The notes beneath the pieces are model-generated. The model was not told the origin of the DNA and ran no database searches. It saw only the letters and a list, made by a program, of their open reading frames with translations. A stretch of 28,615 nucleotides of DNA from Bdellovibrionota bacterium (GTDB lineage Bacteria; Bdellovibrionota_C; UBA2361; RFPC01). Each line of letters begins with the position of its first letter. Position 1 is the stretch's first letter. Positions 16,443 through 24,645 of this stretch are shown piece by piece. The position numbers and the translations under genes are program-made. Location of the stretch: NCBI GenBank assembly GCA_049451755.1, contig JBMTVV010000001.1:1-28615 (forward strand). Reading direction: 5' to 3'.

Positions 16443-17570
16443 ATGAAGAGAATCGCGATCATCGTAAGTGGTGGACCAGCCCCCGGCATCAATGCCGTTA
16501 TAGGAGCAGCTACAATTGAAGCCCACGGAAGAGACATTGAGGTCTTTGGTGTCAACGGAGGTCTCAAGGGTTGCATGAGAGATGGCGCGGACGCCTTCAT
16601 GCCTCTTGAAGTCGACGGTATATCTCGTATCTACAACCAGGGTGGATCACTCCTTGGTACCTCTCGATTCAACCCTTTCTCAAAACAGGAAAATGAGCAG
16701 CGCTTTATCGCTATACTGAAAGAGCTTCAAATCGATGGACTCGTAATGATCGGGGGGGAAGGGACTGCCACCCTTAGCTATATGATCCACCAGAGGATAC
16801 CGGAAATGCGAATTGCTCATGTGCCAAAGACGATCGATAACGATATTCCCTTACCTGGAGGAAAGAGGACTTTTGGCTTCGAAACTGCTCGTACAGTCGG
16901 AACCCAAATTGTGGACACTCTCATCGTTGATGCAAAAACCTGTCGCCGTTGGTACCTCGTTGAAACAATGGGACGGCAAGCAGGTTTCCTAACTCTCGGC
17001 ATCGGCCTCGCATCAGGGGCATCGCTGGCACTCATACCAGAGGAGTACAAGGCGGGGTCGCACGAACCCTCAGAATTTGCAGAACGAATAGTGCGCACTA
17101 TCAAGGCAAGATGCACTGCCGGGAAAAATTATGGAGTTATTCTGCTTGCTGAAGGGCTCCTTGACTGCCTGAGACCTGAAAGCTCTGAGCTACTCGATGA
17201 AAGTTTGCGTGATGAACTGGGAAGAATTACGTACTCGGAGGTAGAGCTCGGAGATGTCCTCCTGCCACTTATTCGGCAGAAGCTCGAGGTAGAGGGAATT
17301 CCAGACATTGAGCTCAAGCACAAAACTGTTGGTTATGAGCTCCGGTGTGCACGACCCATCGCAGCAGATATCGAGTATGCCCGGATTCTTGGCTATGGTG
17401 CGATTGAGTCACTATACTCACAGGATGGAGCTTTCATGGTCACACGCGAATTTGAAAAGCTTTTCTTCGTGCCGCTTGAACAGTTTGTGGCTGATGGCAC
17501 AGTGAAAGGGAGGACCGTGAATTTAGAGTCTGACTTTTATAAACTTGCATGCCGTTACATGGTTCGATGA
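16443..17570 (+). CDS. pfkA: 6-phosphofructokinase (PfkA superfamily)
   Basis: SGGPAPGINAVI, GGSLLGTSR, IGGEGT, PKTIDND, ETMGR, GYELRC. ATG 16443 preferred over TTG 16422. Confidence 0.93.
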   Translation: MKRIAIIVSGGPAPGINAVIGAATIEAHGRDIEVFGVNGGLKGCMRDGADAFMPLEVDGISRIYNQGGSLLGTSRFNPFSKQENEQRFIAILKELQIDGLVMIGGEGTATLSYMIHQRIPEMRIAHVPKTIDNDIPLPGGKRTFGFETARTVGTQIVDTLIVDAKTCRRWYLVETMGRQAGFLTLGIGLASGASLALIPEEYKAGSHEPSEFAERIVRTIKARCTAGKNYGVILLAEGLLDCLRPESSELLDESLRDELGRITYSEVELGDVLLPLIRQKLEVEGIPDIELKHKTVGYELRCARPIAADIEYARILGYGAIESLYSQDGAFMVTREFEKLFFVPLEQFVADGTVKGRTVNLESDFYKLACRYMVR

Positions 17571-17593
17571 CGAAATGTATATAATGCATCCTG

Positions 17594-17890
17594 TCATGAC
17601 TCTCGCCGTATTGAAGGAATATACTGCTTTTTTCTAACAACGTCCCAAGAGCCCGACTGTGATTGGTGTGTAGGAACAGGGCGAATAAAATCGTTATTAC
17701 GCTCTTTCCGAAGCTGAGGAATCTCTCGCTCCGTCTCGCGCACCGCTAGCACGTCAGCAACTCTGAGACGCAAATTCCTAATACATTCGGAACGCTCAGG
17801 AGAAGTTTCTAAGCTCCCCCTCCCCCGGAAGCTCCACAGAAAGGTCGAAAGGCTACTAAGCCAATACCTCTTCTTTAAAATATTTCTCAT
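17594..17890 (-). CDS. Hypothetical basic protein
   Basis: 98 aa from ATG 17890, with GGAG 6-7 nt upstream; fills the gap convergent with pfk; no family recognised. Confidence 0.5.
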   Translation of the reverse strand: MRNILKKRYWLSSLSTFLWSFRGRGSLETSPERSECIRNLRLRVADVLAVRETEREIPQLRKERNNDFIRPVPTHQSQSGSWDVVRKKQYIPSIRRES

Positions 17891-18271
17891 CGGTATCTCC
17901 ACTCACGGCCGAACCAATGCCCCCTTACCGTACTGCGGGAGCTTATTGAATACTTTGCAAATAACCTTTCTGACAAACCAAGGAGAAAATAGTGAATTTC
18001 GTAGAATCCAATAGCGGCGATCAATTAGATGAATAGACACGAGTTTCGTTTCGCGCAAATTCACATCGCTCAGGTAACTAAGCCCCTACACGGCTTGAAA
18101 GAGTCTTCACGAAATGCAAGATGTGGCATGCTCTCTCATGCACAATGTGATTTCAGCTATTTACCTTAACAGGCTCACAATAAGAGCTCCATTTTAAAAC
18201 AAACAACTTTTTACTCATGGTGCCGATTAATAGATGCCAAGTAATCAACGACACCTCTGGAGTTCTTGAGA

Positions 18272-18865
18272 ATGCAAACCACCGATGCAAGATGCCTAAT
18301 GCCCGTTAATCCCAATACCAGTCATGAACTAGAAGTATTTTACGACGCACTTCAGTTTACACTCTCTATGGAGGGTGGACTATCTCGCGATCCGCGTGAT
18401 CCCGGAAATGCGGGGGGTCGAGCCACTCTATATGGGATAACACAAAAAACGTATGACCACTGGCGACAAAAAAGAGGAGATCCTACACAGGATATAATGA
18501 AGATAACTCATTGTGAACGAGAGGCCCTTTACTACGAGGAGTACTTCATCTCTAGTCGCTGCAATCTACTCCCTCCGAAGCTCGCGGTAGCACTCTTTGA
18601 TACTGCCGTACATACAGGGCCGAGCAGGGCGGTGAAACTTCTACAGAAGGCTCTCGGAATCGCCGCTGATGGAAAATTTGGCTCTCTGACACTTCAAGCA
18701 AGCATACACCAACCACTAGAAAAACTACTCAACCATTTCCTCAAGGAAAGAAAGAATTTTTATGAACTACTATCTCAGAAAAAACCCGCACTGCAGAGAT
18801 TCCTTCGAGGCTGGCGCAATCGAATTGAGCTTCTCCAACAAAAATTACAATCGGATAAGGAGTAG
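18272..18865 (+). CDS. Glycoside hydrolase family 108 muramidase with a C-terminal peptidoglycan-binding region
   Basis: EGG...DPRDPG...T.YGIT catalytic motif; FDTAVHTG...AVKLLQKALG..ADGKFG; C-terminal FLRGWRNRI. GGAG 9 nt before ATG 18272; 18299 is an alternative start. Confidence 0.92.
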   Translation: MQTTDARCLMPVNPNTSHELEVFYDALQFTLSMEGGLSRDPRDPGNAGGRATLYGITQKTYDHWRQKRGDPTQDIMKITHCEREALYYEEYFISSRCNLLPPKLAVALFDTAVHTGPSRAVKLLQKALGIAADGKFGSLTLQASIHQPLEKLLNHFLKERKNFYELLSQKKPALQRFLRGWRNRIELLQQKLQSDKE

Positions 18866-18898
18866 CAATCCTTGGGAGAAAGATTGCTTTAGGGCACA

Positions 18899-19777
18899 TT
18901 ATAGTAATCTTTCAAGAAAGGTAGCGAGTAGGAACGTCATACTCGCCATACCGTTCTGGGTAAAAAAAACGCTATTCGCTCTCTCAATCGTATTCTGACG
19001 AACCAGTACATGTTGACGAATGAGAAAGAGACCAAACAAGACGATACATACGTTGTAGACGACACTAAGGTGAGCCACAAAACCAAAAGTCAGAAGGAGT
19101 GAGAATGAGATAAGATGAGCTATCCGAGCAACCCAAAGAGCAGACACAACTCCACAACGCGCTGGAATTGAAAAGAGTCCTACCGAGCGATCAAATTCCT
19201 GATCCTGGCACGAATAAATGATGTCAAAGCCAGCCACCCAAAAGAGCACTGCTCCCATCAAGGGCAACGCTACGAGAGCAAATTCACCGGTTAAAGCATA
19301 CCATACTCCACCCGGAGCACATGCCAGAGCTAAGCCTAAAATAAAATGACTCGCACCAGTAAACCGCTATGCCAGTGAGTACCCAAAAAGCACCAATAGA
19401 ACAAACGGTGATACGAGGAAACAGTGATAGCCAAGCCTCCAAGAACCAAGGAGAAAAAAGATTGTGGAGAGCGAGAGCAACGCGAATGCTTCACCGAGCT
19501 TTATCTCTCCGGAGGGGAGTCCTCGATTCACAGTTCTTGGATTTAGGGCATCCCATTTGCGATCAGCTATACGATTAAAAGCCATAGCAGCTGTTCGTGC
19601 TGACACAAGACATATAACAATCCACAGAGCCTGTGATGCTGTCACGGGAATATCACGCGTGCACACCAGACCCGCTCCGACTGCAAACGGTAACGCAAAT
19701 ATAGTGTGTGAGAAGGCAACAAAACGTCCTAAACTCTGTAGCTTTTCCAACGGCTTAAAGATAGCTGTATCAGTCAT
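18899..19777 (-). pseudogene. mqnP: UbiA-family prenyltransferase (MqnP-like) interrupted by one in-frame TAG at codon 137
   Basis: ORF-track pieces 19367-19777 and 18899-19267 share one frame (offset 102 nt). Across the TAG at 19367-19369 the sequence reads GYSLA*RFTGASHFILGLALA. Both Asp-rich motifs are intact (NRIADRKWD, DIIYSCQDQEFD); full length 292 codons. May be a true pseudogene, readthrough, or a sequencing error. Confidence 0.85.
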
Positions 19778-20468
19778 GGGATGATGGCAACTGAAAGAGC
19801 GTTGGAGATTTGGTCTTACCGAGTCGAACTCGAGGCTCCTTACCCTCTCTCTCCATACCCCAACGTGGCACGAGCTCTCGGTGGATACCCATTTGGTCTA
19901 GTATTTTCATCGCCATCATATCAACCAAATCTTGTATCTCTTCCGGACACTGATAAAAGCCGGGCATGGCTGGAACAATTCTCGCCTGCATTCTCGACAG
20001 CTTGAGCATGTTCTCAAGGTGTATACTTGAGAGTGGCGTCTCACGAGGGACAATTACCAGCCGGCGTCCTTCCTTAAGTACAACGTCTGCTGCACGATGA
20101 ATAAGATTTTGACACAGACCATTCGAGACTGCTCCCAGCGTCCCCATTGAACAAGGGACGATAACCATCCCCTCAGTGAGGAAAGAACCAGACGCAATCG
20201 CAGCTCCGATATCCTTATTGTCGTAAAAGAACAGCCGGTCGCTTGACCGACCGAGTAGCACGTCTGCTGACAGGCGAGCTGCCTTTAGCTTTAGGTCTTG
20301 TTCCTCCTGGAGGACTCTAAATGCCGCATCTGAAAAAATAATGTGAACTTCGTCACAACACTGCTCGAGCTGGTCGATGAGGGTAAGTGCATAAGGCATA
20401 CCACTCGCTCCAGTAACTCCAACAATCCAATTTGTCTTTAGAGCTCTTTTCACGGTCTTCTCCATCAT
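19770..20468 (-). CDS. ubiX: Flavin prenyltransferase UbiX
   Basis: IVGVTGASG, IASGSF, PCSMGTL, NLIHRAADVVLKEGRRLVIVPRETP, PAMPGFY; about 30-aa C-terminal extension; its stop overlaps the mqnP start by 8 bp. Confidence 0.96.
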   Translation of the reverse strand: MMEKTVKRALKTNWIVGVTGASGMPYALTLIDQLEQCCDEVHIIFSDAAFRVLQEEQDLKLKAARLSADVLLGRSSDRLFFYDNKDIGAAIASGSFLTEGMVIVPCSMGTLGAVSNGLCQNLIHRAADVVLKEGRRLVIVPRETPLSSIHLENMLKLSRMQARIVPAMPGFYQCPEEIQDLVDMMAMKILDQMGIHRELVPRWGMEREGKEPRVRLGKTKSPTLFQLPSSHD

Positions 20469-20661
20469 TAGCCGCTATTTCTCCCGTTCCATCCGACTGG
20501 CTACCCTCCAATGGTAACTCCTTCTATCTCGGAAGTCACACGCTACAGATAGTCTTCCTCAGGTATCGTTTCCTGACGGAAATTCTTAGGGGAAGAACAA
20601 AAAGTGCTCTTGTAAAAACTCATTACCGTCCAAGGGGTTACGGTTGATATCGAACCAACAA

Positions 20662-21360
20662 CTACTTCTGTCCGTAATAGATGTAGGCAACACCACCCGA
20701 CAATGACTGTGCTGTGCAGGAGGAAAATCCAGCGACCTTTAGTTGATCGATAAAAGCTTTTCCACATGGGAACTTCTGACTTGTTCTTGGGAGGTACTCA
20801 TACGCTGCCCTATTGCCGGTGAGCAAACCACCAAGGAACGGCATAATCTGGAAACTATAAAGGGAAAAGAGTGCTCTCCAGGCTCTATTTCTCGGCTGTC
20901 CAAACTCCATTACGAGTAGGTGTCCACCTGGCTTCAGTACCCGAAACATCTCTTGGAGTCCGAGCTCTAGTTTCTCGAGGTTTCTCACACCAAAGGATAC
21001 GGTAATGAGGGCGAAAGTCTCGTCGAGAAAGGGAAGTTTCAACGCGTCTGCTTGCAGAAAAGTGCTGCTCTCTTTTCTCTTCTTTCCCTGTTCAAGCATC
21101 GGAAGACAAAAGTCCGCTCCAATACAGTGAGGAAATGTTTTTTCCAGTTCGAATAAGATATCACCTGTTCCACTACAGAGGTCAAGAATAGGTCCTGAGA
21201 CGCTTAAGCGCCTCCAAGCACGAGAGAGTTGTCTTCTCCACCACTTGTGAATCCCAAGACTCAAGCAGGAATTCGCTATATCATAACGTTCGGCTATTGA
21301 GCCAAACATCTCTTGCACTTCCTTTCCAACGACCTGAATTTTCACTTGCGGGTATTCCAT
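20662..21360 (-). CDS. menG: UbiE/MenG family quinone C-methyltransferase
   Basis: VQEMFGSIAERYDIANSCLSLGIHKWWR, ILDLCSGTGD, ADALKLPF, VSFGVRN, EMFRVLKPGG, AYEYLPRT. Start at ATG 21360 chosen; TTG 21408 would overlap the divergent gene. Confidence 0.93.
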   Translation of the reverse strand: MEYPQVKIQVVGKEVQEMFGSIAERYDIANSCLSLGIHKWWRRQLSRAWRRLSVSGPILDLCSGTGDILFELEKTFPHCIGADFCLPMLEQGKKRKESSTFLQADALKLPFLDETFALITVSFGVRNLEKLELGLQEMFRVLKPGGHLLVMEFGQPRNRAWRALFSLYSFQIMPFLGGLLTGNRAAYEYLPRTSQKFPCGKAFIDQLKVAGFSSCTAQSLSGGVAYIYYGQK

Positions 21361-21386
21361 GAAAGATGGTGAGATCTCTATTCCAT

Positions 21387-22211
21387 ATGTCTCACCGAAT
21401 GATGTCAACAGCTCGCTATTTTCTTTGGCTCTTTACCGCCCTCATGCTCCTCGTCAGCCCACTCGTGTTTGTTTCATCTTTATCACCCTCTGACTATTGG
21501 AAGGAACAAAGTGCGTTGCTCATCGGATTTGGATTATGGCTGACCGTCGATGAAGGAGCCTCCTATTTTTTCGCTCAGAGAGCGGAGAGTGACAGGACTC
21601 CAATCAACTACATCATTATGGCGCTTATCACCTCTTCTCTCCTGCTTCTTGCCAATAAGTGGCACTCCACACCTATACCCTCAGATATCTTGGCCTTCAC
21701 CCTACTCGTGCTCCTTCCAACGGTCGTTGGCAATAGCTTCTTCGATAGACCCCCTCTTCGCCTCATCTCCCTTCTTCTCCGTGGCGCGGTTATTGGATTA
21801 TTAGCCTTCCGACTCTCACTTACTGAAATGCACTGGCACCATTGGCTCTTTGCAGGTTTATTCTCGGTGTCTCTTTCAGCGGTATCAGCCGTCAATTCGC
21901 TTCTACCCCATGTACTTCCAAAAACTTGGGGTAATCCTGTCATCGCTACCGCTCTTGGAATCACTCCTACTGTATGTATGATATCGGTTGGAGCCCGCAT
22001 ACTTCCCCCTGTGTACCTCCTGACTCTGATTGGACTTATTCCGATGATTCGACTTTCGGTTCTCCTCTCCAGCCTCGCCCCGGAAGCAGCGGCACTAGAG
22101 GCCAAGCGATCTCGCGCTACTATCCTCGTCTACGTCACTATTTTAACGCAAAACTTACTTCTCATATTCAGTGCGCTCTTGAGTTCTCAGATCTGGCGAG
22201 ATACGCTCTAA
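21387..22211 (+). CDS. Multi-pass membrane protein, possibly a degenerate MenA/UbiA-fold member
   Basis: About 274 aa, about 8-9 hydrophobic segments; start at 21387, 21399 or 21402. Layout recalls MenA but no Asp-rich motifs are present. Confidence 0.7.
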   Translation: MSHRMMSTARYFLWLFTALMLLVSPLVFVSSLSPSDYWKEQSALLIGFGLWLTVDEGASYFFAQRAESDRTPINYIIMALITSSLLLLANKWHSTPIPSDILAFTLLVLLPTVVGNSFFDRPPLRLISLLLRGAVIGLLAFRLSLTEMHWHHWLFAGLFSVSLSAVSAVNSLLPHVLPKTWGNPVIATALGITPTVCMISVGARILPPVYLLTLIGLIPMIRLSVLLSSLAPEAAALEAKRSRATILVYVTILTQNLLLIFSALLSSQIWRDTL

Positions 22212-22217
22212 AAGTCG

Positions 22218-22253
22218 TTGCCCAAGGAGCACAAAGAAAGTGCTGTTGGGCAA
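22218..22253. other. Strong stem-loop directly after the membrane-protein stop (terminator or processing/stability hairpin)
   Basis: TTGCCCAA-GG-AGCAC-AAAGAAA-GTGCT-G-TTGGGCAA: 8 + 5 bp of pairing; no clear U tract. Confidence 0.6.
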
Positions 22254-22254
22254 T

Positions 22255-22312
22255 TACATGAGAAAGGAGGGGGCAATGGTGACGAGAAGTAAGAGCCCCT
22301 CCATACATGAGA
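22255..22312. repeat. 9-bp direct repeats flanking a 40-bp inverted-repeat segment
   Basis: TACATGAGA at 22255-22263 and 22304-22312; inside, GGAGGGGGC (22266-22274) and GCCCCTCC (22295-22302). Confidence 0.7.
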
Positions 22313-22364
22313 CGAATAGGCGAAATAAAGACGACTGAAGATTCGGAAGAGGAAGGATTCTCTT

Positions 22365-23249
22365 ATGAAGGAAAATGTGCTCAGAAAAAGAACAGGGGCC
22401 ACGGTCTCATCACCCCGAAATTTCATAACAGTCGGGCAGCTGAAAATGGGTCTCTTTCTTCTTCTCATAGTGCCTTCGCAATTCTGTTACGTACAAGCCG
22501 CCCCTCAAACGGGGAGCACGAAAACCGAAGATACTGTGGCGGTAGGGAGTGAAATTCCATCCTCTCATCAATCACAAAAATCTGCACAGTTGAATGAGCA
22601 AGGTGCAGCTTTTGCTCAGGAGGCGAAGTTTGGAAAAGCTGAGGAATCTCTTCGAGAGGCCATCTCGCTCGATTCCCAGAACCTATCGGCCATCTTTAAT
22701 CTCGGGAGTGTCCTCATTCAAGTAGGAAAACTTAAGGAAGCGGTTGAGCTTCTCGAAACCCATTCTCGGAGGGCAGGGACAGACGCCGGCCTCTTCGCAA
22801 GACTGGGTGATGCATACTTCACACAAAAAAATATTCAGAAGGCCCAAAACGCATATGAGCGGGCGCTTGCACTTGATGGCACTCTGCCAAAGATTCCAGC
22901 ACGACTCGGTACCGTCTACTCTCTAAACAACTCACTTGATAAAGCCATCGAGCAGTACTTGGTAGCCATTCAACAAGAGCCTGAAAATATCGAATATCTC
23001 TCGAATCTTGTAAATTTATATCTTGCTACCAACGAACCACAGAAAGCTGTGAGTACCGCAAAGCGCGCACTACAATTAAAACCTTCTTCACAATTATACG
23101 CTTCCCTTGGAGCCGCATACGAGCTGCAAAACGAATGGGAGAATTCCCTCATTGCTTTTCAACGAGCAAAAGATCTCGGAGAAAAGAGTGCGGACGTTGA
23201 AGAAAAAATAAAAATCTTACGAAAGAAGACGCAATCATCATCGTCATAA
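22365..23249 (+). CDS. Tetratricopeptide repeat protein with an N-terminal signal/TM segment
   Basis: Repeated TPR consensus (LNEQGAAF..., AIFNLGSVL..., LFARLGDAY..., IPARLGTVY..., LYASLGAAYE...). Confidence 0.9.
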   Translation: MKENVLRKRTGATVSSPRNFITVGQLKMGLFLLLIVPSQFCYVQAAPQTGSTKTEDTVAVGSEIPSSHQSQKSAQLNEQGAAFAQEAKFGKAEESLREAISLDSQNLSAIFNLGSVLIQVGKLKEAVELLETHSRRAGTDAGLFARLGDAYFTQKNIQKAQNAYERALALDGTLPKIPARLGTVYSLNNSLDKAIEQYLVAIQQEPENIEYLSNLVNLYLATNEPQKAVSTAKRALQLKPSSQLYASLGAAYELQNEWENSLIAFQRAKDLGEKSADVEEKIKILRKKTQSSSS

Positions 23250-23298
23250 GTACGGTGATACGAGATTCAGTGAACCGAGCCAATGTGCCAGTGAGGTA

Positions 23299-24432
23299 GT
23301 GATGGACTTCTCTCAGATCAGTAATAAAGTCATACACGACAATATCCCGCTCTCTACCGAGGAAGGATTGTGGCTCTATCATGAGGCAACACTTCTGGAG
23401 TTAGGTGGACTTGCGAATCATATTCGCGAAAAGCTTCATGGGAATCGCACCTATTACAACTGGAATCTTCATCTCAACTCCACGAATGTGTGTAAGTCAG
23501 ACTGCCTCTTTTGCTCTTTCGCCAGGCTCAAAACTGGCATGCCGCAGGCGTACACGATGGACCTACACACTGCAAAACAGTGGATCACGAAGCGATATCG
23601 CGAGGGTATGACAGAGATTCATATCGTTAATGGTAATAATCCGGATCTCCCGTTTGAATACTACCTCGAATTACTTCGGATGATTCGTAGAGATTTTCCT
23701 GAACTACACATAAAGGCCTTTACTGCGGTTGAAATTCATCACTTTCACGAACAGTTCGGGTTATCGTATGAGACAATCCTACAAGAGCTTATCAATGCTG
23801 GCTTAGGATCATTACCAGGAGGCGGGGCTGAGGTCTTCTCTCCTCGAGTTCGCAAGAAAATATGCCGGGACAAAGCGACTGCAGAGCAGTGGATTGAGGT
23901 GCATCGAACAGCCCACCGACTAGGGCTCCGTTCAAATTGCACGATGCTGTACGGGACTGTCGAACGCCCCGAAGAGGTCGTTGACCACCTCATCCAACTC
24001 AGGAATCTCCAAGAAGAGACGGGAGGATTCCAAGTATTCATCCCTCTTGCCTTTCATAACGAAGGGAATCGAATGGAGCGCCTCGCCGCTCCTACTGGGA
24101 TGGATGATCTACGCATCATGGCTCTGAGTAGAATTCTACTCCACAACATTCCACACATAAAGGCTTACTGGGTAATGCTCGGCATAAAGACGGCTCAGAT
24201 CGCCCAACACTTTGGGGCAAATGATATTGATGGAACCGTCACAGAGGAGAAAATCTACCATATGGCTGGCTCTGATTCTCCCCAGCAACTCACCATCGAG
24301 GACATACAAAGAATCATTCTCAGCGCCAAGCGTGTTCCGGTTGAACGCGATACTCTTTACCGAGAGGTCCAGCGAATACCTCAGCAGCGACAAGGCGCTT
24401 ACGGGAGAGCCGAGTCCGCGCTGTCCTCATAG
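23299..24432 (+). CDS. mqnE: Aminofutalosine synthase MqnE (radical SAM)
   Basis: NVCKSDCLFC (CxxxCxxC), SLPGGGAEVF, SNCTMLYG, HIKAYWVMLG, FGANDIDGTVTEEKIYHMAG. Start GTG 23299 or ATG 23302. Confidence 0.9.
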   Translation: MMDFSQISNKVIHDNIPLSTEEGLWLYHEATLLELGGLANHIREKLHGNRTYYNWNLHLNSTNVCKSDCLFCSFARLKTGMPQAYTMDLHTAKQWITKRYREGMTEIHIVNGNNPDLPFEYYLELLRMIRRDFPELHIKAFTAVEIHHFHEQFGLSYETILQELINAGLGSLPGGGAEVFSPRVRKKICRDKATAEQWIEVHRTAHRLGLRSNCTMLYGTVERPEEVVDHLIQLRNLQEETGGFQVFIPLAFHNEGNRMERLAAPTGMDDLRIMALSRILLHNIPHIKAYWVMLGIKTAQIAQHFGANDIDGTVTEEKIYHMAGSDSPQQLTIEDIQRIILSAKRVPVERDTLYREVQRIPQQRQGAYGRAESALSS

Positions 24433-24645
24433 TCACTCTCGATGAGAGGAGCTGTCGCTATTATCCAGAGATAACTCATATAGGCAGCTGGATCTTTAGC
24501 AAAGTTCAACGAAAGAATGCTCTAGACAATACTCCCTAACCTAGACACTCTATAGGTGAGAAAGGTAACTCCCAATACCATTATAAAAGAATGATACTTA
24601 CGCCCAGGTATCAATGAGAATGTTTGATAACAGTCAGGAGAGAGT

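Noticed and set aside
16752-16758. G7 run as a phase-variation tract in pfk
   Set aside because: Short, and forced by the conserved Gly-Gly-Glu codons.
17594-18865. Prophage lysis cassette
   Set aside because: No holin, spanin, integrase or structural genes; flanks are housekeeping.
19367-19369. Genome-wide TAG reassignment or pyrrolysine
   Set aside because: TAG ends 9 genes in the window, including glyQS and menG at their normal C-termini; no pyl genes or tRNA are visible, and Pyl is not known at this motif.
18899-19777. Two separate genes as listed in the ORF track (136 aa + 122 aa)
   Set aside because: Same frame, and the 33 codons between them continue the UbiA-family sequence; it is one gene with one TAG.
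21608-22105. 165-aa Arg-rich antisense ORF
   Set aside because: Shadow of the Leu-rich membrane protein codons.
24433-24645. T-box or glycine riboswitch upstream of glyQS
   Set aside because: No T-box consensus, terminator/antiterminator or glycine aptamer features; only weak repeats (CTAGACA x2, TGATAC-N10-GTATCA).
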